Below, one piece after another: positions 14,157 through 26,170 of a DNA stretch of 64,000 bases; positions within the stretch are counted from its first letter, which is position 1, and every line of letters begins with the position of its first letter. The notes under the pieces were generated by a model, which searched no databases, was not told the DNA's origin, and saw only the letters and a program-made list of their open reading frames with translations. Source of the stretch: the human T2T-CHM13v2.0 reference genome, Homo sapiens. The DNA is taken from the NCBI RefSeq assembly GCF_009914755.1, contig NC_060926.1; one strand, 5' to 3'. The translations under genes were made by a program, and so were the position numbers.

Positions 14157-14841
14157 AACCACTTTTAATAGTTAAAATGAACTACTGGAAATTTGTAAGA
14201 ATACGGGTTTTTTAGATAAATATCTTCATTGCTGAAATATATTTAGGTAGGTTAAATAAATATATTGCCATAAATCAGATAAGATAGTGAACTTCTGTAT
14301 TTTAAAAAAATTTCTTATACAAAAATATCTTTGATGTCTACATAGCAGTATACCTTGTATATTGTCTATCTATCAATCTTATTTTTTAAATAATAAAATA
14401 ATCAATATGGAAACAGTAAAAGGGAAATAGAAAGCTTTACCTTCTCACTCAGAGAATAGAATAGAAAATGGGATATAAAATGAAACTTAGGAAGCATTAA
14501 TAATAGTAACAGTCTTAGAAAAATAAAAATGATGAAAGACCCAAATCTATTTTATTAGCTTTTACCTATTGTGATTTATTTGGAATGGAATCATATAACC
14601 AAATTTGCTTCAATCAAGTCAGAGTACTAAGTCATATTGATTACTCCTATTAGGGTAAAGAGCCTATCTGTGCACACCTGGCCTTTTACAGTTCAAATGC
14701 TCCTTGCTATGGCATTTTAGGATATATGAAGTATACATAAAATTGGCTGCTTGATATTCTAATTTGCACATAAAAAATGAGTTCTTTTCATTTGTTTCCT
14801 TGATGGCAATATATATATAAGAAAGACTGGATGGTGTATAT

Positions 14842-15217
14842 ATGTGGCACATATACACCATGGAATACTATGCAGCCATAAAAAAGGATGAGTTCATGTC
14901 CTTTGTAGGGACATGGATGAAGCTGGAAACCATCATTCTCAGCAAACTATCGCAAGGACAAAAAACCAAACATCGCATGTTCTCACTCATAGGTGGGAAT
15001 TGAACAATAAGAACACATGGACACAGGAAGGGGAATATCACACACTGGGGCCTGTTGTGGGGTGGGGGGAGGGGGGAGGGATAGCATTAGGAGATAAACG
15101 TAATGTTAAATGACGAGTTGATGGGTGCAGCACACCAACATGGCACATGTATACATATGTAACAAACCTGTGCGTTGTGTACATGTACCCTAAAACTTAA
15201 AGTATAATTTTAAAAAA
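14842..15217 (+). mobile_element. L1PA4-like 3' terminal piece C with 3'UTR and short A tail
   Basis: ATGTGGCACATATACACC...G-rich tract...CCTAAAACTTAAAGTATAAT; resumes where piece B ends. Confidence 0.95.
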
Positions 15218-15225
15218 GTGGTTTA

Positions 15226-15375
15226 AAGATGTGATTCAGAGAAATCCAAGTTTGGGCGAACCAGATTTTTAATCCTTATTCTTACTATATCTGGATGCAT
15301 GTCAGCAAATTACTTAATCTTCCTGGATCTCAGTTTTCTTATCTGAAAGATAAGAAAATCAGTCTTTATGATCAC
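15226..15375 (+). mobile_element. MIR fragment
   Basis: GCAAATTACTTAATCTTCCTGGATCTCAGTTTTCTTATCTGAAA core. Confidence 0.65.
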
Positions 15376-17959
15376 TGTATGTAAATTCTATGCTTTATCC
15401 AAACACCAAATACAATGCTTTTAATGAGAACAAGGTCAACTATGATGTTTCCACCCTTAGCTGCTTGTTACTACGAATGCCAGAATTTGATTAAAGTGGC
15501 AAGACACAACTGCAAAGGCCACAAGCAATTTTAGCACTCTGCTTTCTGAGGTCATCAACAAGCTGAGTTTATTGAGTTCCTTTCACTGTGGTAGTTCCAA
15601 AAAGGATGCAAAAAACAGAAAATATAGTCACTACTCTCATGGAATTTGAAATTCCTCCTTCTGTAAAGTCTATTAAAATGATGGTATACTGTGTCTTTAA
15701 ATAATAATATTGGCATATTATTGCTGTTTTTAAATTTCTATTACAAAATTCTATTTTGAACAACTTAGACCAAATAAAATATCATTAGCTAATATAATAT
15801 GCCACAAAGGTGCAAGGGTATAGTGGGGTCTTATAGATTATTAAAACCAGCACTATAAGCACTCCACTAAAAAAACCTCAATTTTTCTCTCTTGCTATCC
15901 ATCTGTCCCTTCACATTTCTCTCTACATGTTAATTTTATTCTCTGAGATTGGTCACTTCAGCACAGCTACTAGAGTTTCAAGTTCACATTTCTTAGATTT
16001 TCTATGACAGATGCACTAAGAATCATCTTCGTTCTTGTTCCAAGTTAAAAACAAAACAAAATAAACACACCAAAAAACAAAACACCAAGAAGGGCACACA
16101 TTGGTCAGGCAAGGTAGTGTAATAATACAGTGGGCTTGGTGTTGGTCAGGTGTTTACACCTGGTTCCTCAATGTTGGCCAAGTGACAGTGGGATTTGTAA
16201 GAAGAGACCAGGTGCAGCTGGAACCACGAGGTTGAGCAGAAGGTAAGGAAGGAGCTTGCACTAGAAGAGAAGGAATGCTATCCTGGGAAAGTAGCTACAG
16301 CTGAATAGATAATAAACTTATTCAGAGAAAAAAAGTTATTGGACATAACTCCTAAACAAGTAAGGCTTTATCAAATAGCTGCAGACTCGATGTAATCCAG
16401 CTGGATAACAGCTAAAGCTGGGGAGACAACAACAGTACCAGCAGGAGGAGTGCAGGTGCAAAATATGCTTAGAGGCAGCGTGGGGGTTAGTTCAGAGGAA
16501 GCACTGATACAAATCCAATCAAGCAAGGTCACTTCCTCTGGAGATGCTATTATTTTTATTCCCTCTTCGGTTTTCCACTTCAGAGCACATTTCCAATCTC
16601 TCTATCTTTAGAGATTTCTATGTGGTTGCTCTTTTCTTTTGTCATAAATGATATGACACCTGCAAAAACACGTACACTTGTTTTCTGAAGAGATGAGAAT
16701 TAGTATAACCTGGGAAGAAGCAATTGATCTAAAATGAAACAGTTGGGGATTGTAATAAAAAAGAGCATACCCAACTTAGGGAAACTGTGCCACAAGAGAA
16801 GGCAGCTTAAAATTATTGCAGGCATCAGGTGTGGAACAGTGATCTGCTGGTAATTCTCATGCAACAGGAAAGAACAGCGACTTGATAAATAGAACACTTC
16901 ACTCTCCTTTTGGGAACATTATTTCCAGGGAGATAATAAGTTTTCTTTCCTTAGATACCAAGGAAACTTAAATATCAGATAAAAATGAGTGTGCTTGTAT
17001 TCGTTTAAAATATACATTCTAAGCCAAGTCATTATCATTATTTCATTTTATTTTTGACTTCATTTGATATTTTAAAGAAATTTGACTTCTGTTTTCTATA
17101 AAATAAAACTATATTATACCATGATAAGAGGAAAGCGGAAATAGAAACACAGCCCCAAATTGATTATCTTCACTGTTAACTCTCTCGGAATAAAAATTTT
17201 CCTTCTAATATTAATGAAATAGATCTTTTTAGTCTTTGATTATATGGCAATTCCCTCATCTTCCTCTGAAATATTCAAAGATTCTGCCTGTCTTTCTTCC
17301 TTGACTATTTCTTTTCTGATTGAAGCCCCTACTGAAACCAGAAATTTAGATGTCATTAGCAAGAGGTATGACTTTTTTTTGTGTGTGTGTGATTTGGAGA
17401 ACAAGAGGGACTCAATATCAAGAATGGATATATCAGAGCCTACAAGCAACTGTTTCTAAAGCAAGTTGGGGGTTAACACGAAATTAGTGCAGCATTCCTG
17501 TAGTCCTGATACTGTAACAGTGAAGTAAACTTTGGCTCTGGCGCTGTCTTTATGGTAAATCTGAGGTAATTGTAACTTTCTATTAAACCATAAGAGAAAA
17601 ATAAAAAAATAAAAATTAGTTCGAGAGAAATGATTTTAGTACATAATTAGTACTTAGTGAGAAGATTGTTACAGAGTCTGGGGGCTGATATCTAGGAATA
17701 AGCACTGAGGAACAGCCTGGAATCCCCACCACTTCATTTTCAGCCCATATAAGGAACTATTAACTTTCCTATTTCCTGAATAATATTAAAACAAGTAAAG
17801 AATAGGAAAATAGCACCATATCTTCGAGTACTCAAATTAAACTTTTTTAATAATATAAGTTTTTGTAAATGTTAAAATAACAAAACTATATTTATACAGA
17901 ATAATAACATCTAAAATATGTTCATTTCTCATTGAACAGCATATGAATGTATATTATTT

Positions 17960-18130
17960 CATTAACTCTTCACAGTAACACTAGGAAGTGGTGTTAATCC
18001 CCTTCTAGAGATAACAAAATTGAGGAGTATGCTTAAACTTTCCAAACTTCAAGTTGCTATGCGTAAATAAGTGATGAATCCAACATTTTAACCCAAGAGT
18101 GTTTGAATACAAATCCGCATTTTTATCCAA
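17960..18130 (-). mobile_element. MIR fragment
   Basis: AGATAACAAAATTGAGG...TTAAACTTTCCAA...ATCCAACATTTTAACCCAAG. Confidence 0.55.
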
Positions 18131-18415
18131 TCTGTTCTGCATTTTCTCAACATGGAGATTTAAGCAGCAAATTGGAACAAAAATTTTAATTTTATGAATT
18201 AATTTGCAGCCTTTGAATGCAGCCAAATACACTTTATGTTAGAAACAGAAAAGTACAGACCTAGATATTTCCTGAGAACCTCAAGAGAAAAAAATACCAA
18301 TATTTTGGACAAGAATGTTAGGCCAACAATGATGAAAATATAACAAAAAAGGCATGAATTACTCAAGCTTTTTCATCATCCAACAAACACAAAGCAATAG
18401 ACAGTCAAAAATTCA

Positions 18416-18760
18416 GGCTAGGCACAGTAGCATATGCCTGTCCCAACATTTTGGAAGCCCAAGGCAGAGGTTCACTTGAGGCCAGGAGCTTGAGACCAGT
18501 CTGAGCAATATAGTGAAACTTTATCTCTATAAAATAAAATAAAATAAAATAAAATAAAATAAAATAAAATAAAAATATTAGCCAGGCATGGTGGCATGTA
18601 TCTGTAGTCCCAGCTACTCAGGACTCAGGAGGCTGAGGAGGGAGGATGGCCTGAGCCCAGGAGTTTTAGGTTGCTGTGAGCTATGATTGTGCCACTGCGC
18701 TCCAGCATGGGTGATAGAGCAAGATTCTGTCTCTAAAAACAGATAATGAATAAATAATGA
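18416..18760 (+). mobile_element. AluJ SINE with (TAAAA)n expansion in the central linker
   Basis: AluJ diagnostics CTTGAGGCCAGGAG, TGAGCCCAGGAG, GTGAGCTATGATTG; (TAAAA)~9 at 18530-18575. Confidence 0.92.
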
Positions 18761-19309
18761 AAAAATTAATTAAGAAACATGGATCAAGGATCAACAGGTA
18801 GCTTGCTGATGTCAATGATTACTCTTAAACCTTATTGCTATGTCATTAAGAACAGTGTTGCTGCTTGTGGTCTTCCTAAAAAATAAAACATTATCATTTA
18901 TTTCAAGTAAAATACTTTAATGCAAGTCAGAGAATAATTGATAAAAATTAAGCACAAATAATTTATAATACAGTAGATGAATAGGGATATACAAAATAAT
19001 GCTGCAAGAAAAATTTCCATTGGAAATACAGTTAGAGGAGATAGCAGTTTTAATTGTGAAGATCAAAGGAAGGCTTACAGAGAAGGTGAATTTGAAGGAT
19101 GGAGGATGGGGGGATTATAACAGTCAGGAAGAGAGGGCGAAGATTACACTAAAAAATGTTTACATGCATTAATTCATTTTCTTAAAGGATTGGGACAATG
19201 GAAATAACAGATTCTCTGAGTTCTATAACTGCCAAAAGTTAAGAGCTTCATTTAGTCAAGGAAACTGTGAAGAGTTTAGTTGGGTGGAAGCCAAGGAAAA
19301 GGAAGAGGA

Positions 19310-19535
19310 CTATTATTTACTGACCATATAACATATGGCAAGATCCATATTAGATGTCTGTGTTTCCTTATTAAATTATTACAATGGCCTTCTAAGTTAA
19401 ACATCTCTTCTCATTTTACTGGGAAGGAACAAAAATCGGAAGATTAACCTGTCCCAGGTCGAATCATTGGTGAATGCTGAGGCTGAGATTTGACTCCAAG
19501 GACATCAGATTCCAAATCTCGTGTTCATTCCACCA
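19310..19535 (-). mobile_element. MIR SINE
   Basis: TTATTTACTGACCAT...CATTTTACTGGGAAGGAAC...GCTGAGATTTGACTCCAAG. Confidence 0.6.
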
Positions 19536-19539
19536 TCAC

Positions 19540-19835
19540 AAATGTTTCCTAAACTGTGTCCTTCAGAACAGTACTCAACAGATACTCCATTAAAAAAAGG
19601 TGCTTTACGTAAAATTCATTTGGGAAATAGTTCACTCTATATCCACTCTCTGGCTATTTTTAATTCACACTAGCATCCTAAAGCTTCTGAGAACTATAGA
19701 AAAGAGACATGATTAACTTTGCTTATCATATCATTTCCCAAATGCATTTGACCTTGGAGACTTTTTTTATTAAAATATAACACCTATTAGTGTCCTGAAA
19801 TTAGTGTTCTTAGGGACATCCTGTGGGGAACTCTA
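19540..19835. mobile_element. hAT-Charlie DNA transposon remnant (MER113-like)
   Basis: TGTTTCCTAAACTGTG start; AATTCACACTAGCAT...CATTTCCCAAA; similar to the copy at 44.3 kb; family name from memory. Confidence 0.5.
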
Positions 19836-20566
19836 TTGGAAACAAGCAGAAAAGTGCATGAGCAGTGCTACTAGATGTTAAGAGATAAAATCGAAAGAGT
19901 GAATCAGTGCCAGATCACAGAATGCTTAAAATAAAAAGCCAAGGAGAATCAACTTAATTTTGCAGGCAACTTGAAAAGAATCTTTGAAGGATTTTGGACA
20001 AGAAAGTGATGTGGTAATATATTCCTCAGAATACCCCCATGTATCCTGAATATTTAATGATAATTACAGATTTCAGCAATAATTTTTCAGACATCACACC
20101 CTCTGCTAATATTTAGTGCTTCATTTTCACAGAAGAAAATTTGCATCTCATGAGCAGAGTGAATGCCAAACTTTACTAGAATAGTGGTTCAACTGTTTTT
20201 GTTCTGCCATCATCTATCTTCTAAAATAATTGTTTTAATGGATTTATCATTTACCATGATGAAAAACTGTTGAATAATATACCCAGGATAACTTTAGTAG
20301 AGGTAGCTCTATGCAATTAATTGTGAAAATGTTTTCACCCTTGACACATCAGTTGAAGTTTGCTTTTCTATGAATCGTGTGAATTGTTTTCATCAATAAA
20401 TAATGTTTTAAATGGTCAATTTATAGCTCTTTATGTTATACCAGTCTGTGTCACATAAGTGTAAACCCTTTATGGAAAGAGCTTGCTTACAACCAAGTTT
20501 TCTAAATCACTAGAATGCCAAAATTTCATGTAGGCTCATCAGCATTTGTGAATACTACATAATATG

Positions 20567-20746
20567 ATGTTTCTCAAAGGTGTAGTCATCAGAGGACCTT
20601 CTCATAATTATCCGGGGTGCTGGATAAAAATACAAATTAGGAGGTTTACTCCCAGACCAACTGAAATGATTTATTGCAATGGGGAACTTTTTAAAAATAG
20701 GATTCTGGGAAATGCAGGTATTTATGAAGATTTGAGAAAACACTGA
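20567..20746. mobile_element. MER5A-like hAT-Charlie element
   Basis: TTTCTCAAAG...CCCAGACCAACTGAA...TTTGAGAAAACACTG inverted termini, ~180 bp. Confidence 0.7.
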
Positions 20747-21149
20747 CCTATTAAGTCAATGAAAAAAGAAAAAAAAAACCTCTTTCTAATTTCAAAGGTA
20801 ATTGCACAAATACAGTAGGCCAGTTATTCAACTTAATAAACAATCATTATGTGTAAAAGACTCCATAAGTTGCCTTCATATAAGATTGCAAAAATTGTAA
20901 AAACAGAAGAAATTTGGAAAAAATGAAAAAGAATGGACAATATAATCTTATAAATATATGCATCATACATATGTGCAAATATTACATGTAAAAGCCACAG
21001 GTATTTAAAAATAGTGATACATTGATCAACCATTATAGACATGAAAACCAAGACTGAAAAATGTAGTCATATCTCAACAATCCAAGCATGCTCCTAGCTT
21101 AAGGACTTGGAATTTTTTATTTCCTTTGTTTAGAAGGCTCTTTTCCCAG

Positions 21150-21735
21150 TAATTTTTCGTGGGCTTCTCACAAAGCAAAATTTTACACCTTGTGATGTAA
21201 TTAGGGAATGCAATTCTAGGGAAGCAGAAATGAGAAAAGGGGGGAAGGAAGAAAAGACAGACTGAGGGAGAGAATAAAGAGAAAAAAATAAAACAAAGGC
21301 TGGGCTATAGAGCTGGCTACTGCTTGACATCCAGTGCAGCTAATGTCTCCATTTTATGGACCCATCTTCCAAGGTCATGAAAGAGTGTGTCTCAGGATTT
21401 ACTTCTGGAAGAATGAAGTGAGAAGAATTTATCCTTCAGCTCCCCTCTTCATTGGTTAAAGTATTCTCCTTGAGGCATTGACTCCTCTGTGTTTCCAGAT
21501 TGTAAGTGAATGGATGTTAAGGAATTCAGGCAGAATGTCTCATGCCTCAGCATCAATAGGGAAGCCACTGCCTGAAGCAGGATGCAAGAGATACATGAGT
21601 AGTTCTTGGGTGATGTGTCTGAGTAAAGTTAGTCAGAGCCCATGTGCAGTTACTTTATGTAGCAGAAGCTGGGGAGGAACAGGTATTTGAAAGACCAGAC
21701 AGGTGAGGCTGAGAGATTCTGTAACTGGTACATAG
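21150..21735 (-). mobile_element. Old ERVL LTR (LTR16-like)
   Basis: GGGAATGCAATTCTAGGGAAGCAG; AATTTATCCTTCAGCTCCCCTCTTCATTGGTT. Confidence 0.45.
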
Positions 21736-21799
21736 GTATGATAGGGATAGGAATGTGAGTTTATATATAAAGAGTGTCTGGTAGGAATATAAACATGGC

Positions 21800-22050
21800 T
21801 TCTCTGCCAAATGTCACTTTTACAGAGAGGATATCTCTACTCCTTGCCCTGCATATTTTTTTGTTGGAGTAATTAATACTTTGTGATATTATGTTACATA
21901 CTGTTTTGCATGCAATTTTCTTTTCTTATTAAGATGTAAGTTCAGGTTCAGGGTCATTGTTTAGATCATTGCTATCTATCCACTGCTCAGTACAATACCT
22001 TGAACATAGTTGATGCTCAGGAAATACTTCTTGAATAAATGAGTGAACTA
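21800..22050 (+). mobile_element. L2 3' end
   Basis: AAATGTCAC...ACATAGTTGATGCTCAGGAAATACTTCTTGAATAAATGAGTGAA. Confidence 0.7.
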
Positions 22051-22260
22051 ATTTATTAAGTTACTTGCTCAAGTTCACTCAACCAGTGACAGAGAGCAGA
22101 GGAGAACTTAGTTAATGTAGATTCAATTCATTTAACATTGTCTAATCTGGGTACAATATTTTGATAAACTATGATCCAAATTACAGAGAGTTAGATTATA
22201 ATATGATGAATTAAATAAGGAAAAATCACTAAAATTTCATATGTCATAAATTATCTAGGT

Positions 22261-22453
22261 CAGCACAGTCCAATAGAAATTCAAGTGATGATAAAATGTC
22301 CTATATCTGTGCTATCCAATTTGGTAGCCACTAGCCCCATGTGACAATTGAATGCTTAAAATGTGGCTAGTAGACTAAGTAACTAGATTTTTAATTTTAA
22401 TTATTTTATACTTAAAAGGCCACATGTGGCTACTGGCTATCATATTGGAGAGT
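22261..22453. mobile_element. MER3-like hAT-Charlie element
   Basis: GTCCAATAGAA...GTAGCCACTAGCCCCATGTG...GCCACATGTGGCTACTGGCTA...TATTGGA. Confidence 0.85.
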
Positions 22454-23329
22454 TCGTCTGTAGGTATTTGTTTATAATTTCAGAAACTAATCTTTTTTAC
22501 AACTGCCTACTTGACAAATGTGTCAGTTCTGAAGATTTAAATCAAGTGGGACCAATAATTTGACTCTCATTTTATATTTTAATTTTTCCTTCTAGAAACT
22601 TACATGAGGATTAATTAAATAAAGGGGAGAAATTGATTTAGAATGTCAGAGTAAGTACTTGGGGGACAGATATCACTGGGTTGTTTCAATAGTCTAAGAT
22701 TTTCTGTTTCCTCTCTGAATGATCAGATTGCACCCAGTACTAATGTGAGTAGGACAAAGTTTGGGCAAATGGAGCTTAACTTTCTTAAATATAAAAATTA
22801 TTACTTATTTTTTTCCCCTTCAACTCTTCCCAGATAGCTTGATGATTTAGCTTACTGGGAATAGTCACTCCCATCTTGGAAGAGAGCACAGCACAATGAG
22901 CAAATCCCACTCACTTCAGGGGCTTGAGGAATGCTTTTAAACTGTATATAAAACTGGTTTAATGAGTATTTGGGATATTGTTGTATTTTCTCCCAGATTT
23001 TAGTCTTTCTAGGAGCAAACAAACTGTCCTAACCTTTTCTAAAAGTGAAAAATCAACGTGGAGTAAGCATATTCTCTAAAATATCTTTACACAAAAGAAC
23101 AAAGAAAAATACATTGGGCTGGCACAAGTCATTTTGGTTGTATTCCTTGTATGTTATACACATTTTAAAAGGAGAGAGTGAAAGCCAGTCAAAGAAATAT
23201 GTCCCATCCTAATAAAAATATAATCTGTTATAATGCCAAAATAACAGGGATAGTAACATAACAGCAGTGAAGAAAACACGTGATAGAAAATTAGAGACAT
23301 TAGGCTTAACCCAATTAAGATGGCATATA

Positions 23330-23720
23330 TTTAATGACCTCCGGAGAAAGTTAATTTTTTAAACCACACTCTCTCGCTACCTGGAAATATCTCTTTATGT
23401 CTGACTTAAATATCTCACAGTGCAATTTAAATTCATTTCCTTTTTGTGATGCCCAGTGGAATAAAAAGTATGCACTACTTTCCTTTGAGGGGTAAGCCAT
23501 AATTTGTTTAAAGATCAATAAATATTCAGCTTCTCAGATTTCTTCAGGCTAATGACTCTATTTAATGTTTCCTTAGAGGTCTCCATTATTGTTGTCATTC
23601 TACCCTGAACTCTGTCTAAATTCTGTGTGTTCTTTTTAAGCTGATGAGCCTCACAGTCATTTTCACAGACTGCATCTCTATACGCTAAGTGAATGGCCCA
23701 GAGCACTCAACAACTAGGCT
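23330..23720 (-). mobile_element. L3/CR1 LINE 3' fragment
   Basis: Minus-strand translation KNTQNLDRVQGRMTTIM resembles the CR1 ORF2 C-terminal motif LERVQRRATKMI. Confidence 0.6.
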
Positions 23721-23944
23721 TGGCTGCCACAAATGCCCTGCCATTATACACAATCACCACCGTGCCTGTTGTTCTGCATTCTCTTAATGTACTACATTGG
23801 AGTGGAGTCAAGTATGAACAGAAATGCCAAGCATTTGACTCCACTTCGATGATATTTGTAGATATGTAGGTAAAAGCAGTCTTTTGAGTATTTACTTTTC
23901 CCACTCAATATTTTTTTCCTCTTTATTTTTTGCCCTCTTAAAAG

Positions 23945-24034
23945 GTACGTTGCTGAGATCTGGCCGTATGTGGCTTGGTTGCTGTGTTTTAAACACTCCC
24001 TCTGTGTTGTTCCCTTGAAAGCCTTGGCAAATAG
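23945..24034 (+). other. Candidate 90-nt exon beginning with a donor-like sequence (possible recursive-splicing exon)
   Basis: ~30-nt pyrimidine tract, then AAG|GTACGT; downstream TAG|GTTAGA; motif evidence only. Confidence 0.3.
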
Positions 24035-24918
24035 GTTAGAATACCCGATTTGCTGCATTTTCCATGCTTATTGCTGTTTTCTTTTCCAAGCTTGAGAAAA
24101 TAACTCAACATGGTGTGTGGATGAATGCCTTTCATTCCTGTATGCTGCCTCCAACTTTTATGGTTCTATTTAGTTTTCTTCAAATTATTATTTCAACAGT
24201 TATTCTACATTTCTCTACTGTTTCAAGAGCAAATATCTTTTTTATTTTCTTCTGGTTGTACAAAAAGTTAGTAAAATCATAGCCTGGAGCTTTTAAATAT
24301 AGAATGGGCATTAACTGCACTCAAGTAACTATTTCATCTAGGCTAGGAAAGATATTGAATTTGGAGAGCTGGGGACAAAAACAGTAAGGAAGCTTTGTGA
24401 GTGAGCACAAGATAGATCTCCCTAAATGTCACTTTGTATTTTTGTGTCTTTCTTCCTTCTTATATGAATATGGTGTGATCAGTCACAGATTCTTTTAGTT
24501 TGTAATGCTCTACGGAAAAAAATGTAGCTTGTCAGAGAGGCAAGTTCTTGGAGAGGCAAGGGACTCTCACTGGGGGGCCCTTGACCCTTCTCCGGTCAAG
24601 GCTTCCTGTGGGAAGCCTTCCCTGACTGTCCTTCTTCAGTCCTTCTCTGAACTGGAATTGTGCTGGAATTGCCTATTCAAAAAAAATTTAAAAAACCAAA
24701 CAAAACCTCTATGGAATAATTGAGGTTATTGCTAAGGGGTTTTCTCTATATTTGCAAATGAAGTTCTTAATTGTGACATGTCTCATAGCTTACAGTTGAT
24801 GACCATTGGCTCATACTTAAGAATAATGCTGAAAAAATTAGTTGATCTGTGCAATATATTATGTATTGTCAAGGCATGTTTTCCACAATAACAGTTCAAG
24901 GTATTTTAATTTCAGATT

Positions 24919-24956
24919 CTCAAGTAATTTTCACTTCCTCAAGTAATTTTCACTTC
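24919..24956. repeat. Perfect 19-bp tandem duplication
   Basis: CTCAAGTAATTTTCACTTC x2. Confidence 0.95.
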
Positions 24957-25799
24957 ATGCTCTGGAATGCTGATAATTTTCACCCATTTTAGTACAATTG
25001 TTTTATTATTCTGGTTAGGAGATCTATTATATTTGCAGTTAAAGTTAGGATTACTAGTTTTCTTAGCATCAATATAATGTAAATGTGAAAATTTTTACAT
25101 GTTTGAAAACGTCATCATTTCCCCCCCAAAGGAATGTTGGATTGCAATTGAAAACGCTAAATCCAAAAATTTCCTTCTGAAACAAATCAGCACTTCACCA
25201 TAAAAATTGAGTGTCCTTATCATTTAGTATCCTTATTAATAATTATTCCTTTCTGCAATGGCAATCATTAAAGGCTAATATTAGACTATGATGGATAACA
25301 ATGTATGCTATGGTGACAAGAATTAGCCTGTATAATAAATAATGTTTTACATGGTGTTCATACAGACAAAACTTCCACGACTAGTTTTTTACTGGTATAA
25401 ATATATAGAATAAATGTAAATAAGTAAGTTCAACCAGACACTAAAATTGCTTCTTAAGGGCATTATTGCATTTCTAAGAGTAGGGAGGTTCTAAGTTTAG
25501 TTAAATTGATGTTACTCATAAAGAAAAAATGAAGCAATTTGTAAAAAATGCTGAGCAGAACATTAGGAAACATTTATGAAAATATTTATTACATAATTAT
25601 CAAGTCAGTAGTACCTTAAGTCAACATGGTGGAGGGAGATGAGGTTTATATTAGAATATAAGTTGTGCCATCTAATAACTGTGAGACTATGAAAAAATAC
25701 TCTGTAGAACTTATTTCCTTCTAAAGTAAAGGCTCATGCCACCTCATACGTTTAAGTGAAATAAGGACTATAGAAATCCTGACTGATAAACTATTCAGT

Positions 25800-26170
25800 C
25801 CATATAGATTTTTTTTTTTTTTTAGAGAACCTACCATGTGTGGACTTACAGCATATATAACATAGCCTTGGTTCTTGCCTTGACAAAATAAATTACACAG
25901 ATAATTACAATGTATTGAAATCGAGATGAGTGCTATTCAGGAAAAGCAAACAGGGACAGAACGGCATCTATTTCTAGGATCTAACTTATTGAAGGGTAAG
26001 TGAAGCCACACCCAATGGAGTGCCATTGAAATGGGAACCTAAAAGCAAGAAGAGGAGGTATTGCCTGATAAAGTGAGAGAAAAGTCTTTCTGTCAGATGC
26101 AAGAGCTGATGACTCTGGAATCTAAAGCAGCTTGGCATGGCCCAGAAATGAAAAAAGTTCAGTAAGGCTA
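25800..26170 (-). mobile_element. L2 3' fragment
   Basis: AGAACCTACCATGTG...GGTTCTTGCCTT...GATGAGTGCTAT. Confidence 0.55.

Noticed and set aside
14167-14817. Interpretation as an L1 transduction or captured foreign DNA
   Set aside because: It abuts the reverse-oriented TSD and endonuclease site, so it is better explained as inverted upstream flank
15046-15080. G-quadruplex-like G-run cluster
   Set aside because: Standard L1 3'UTR G-rich tract
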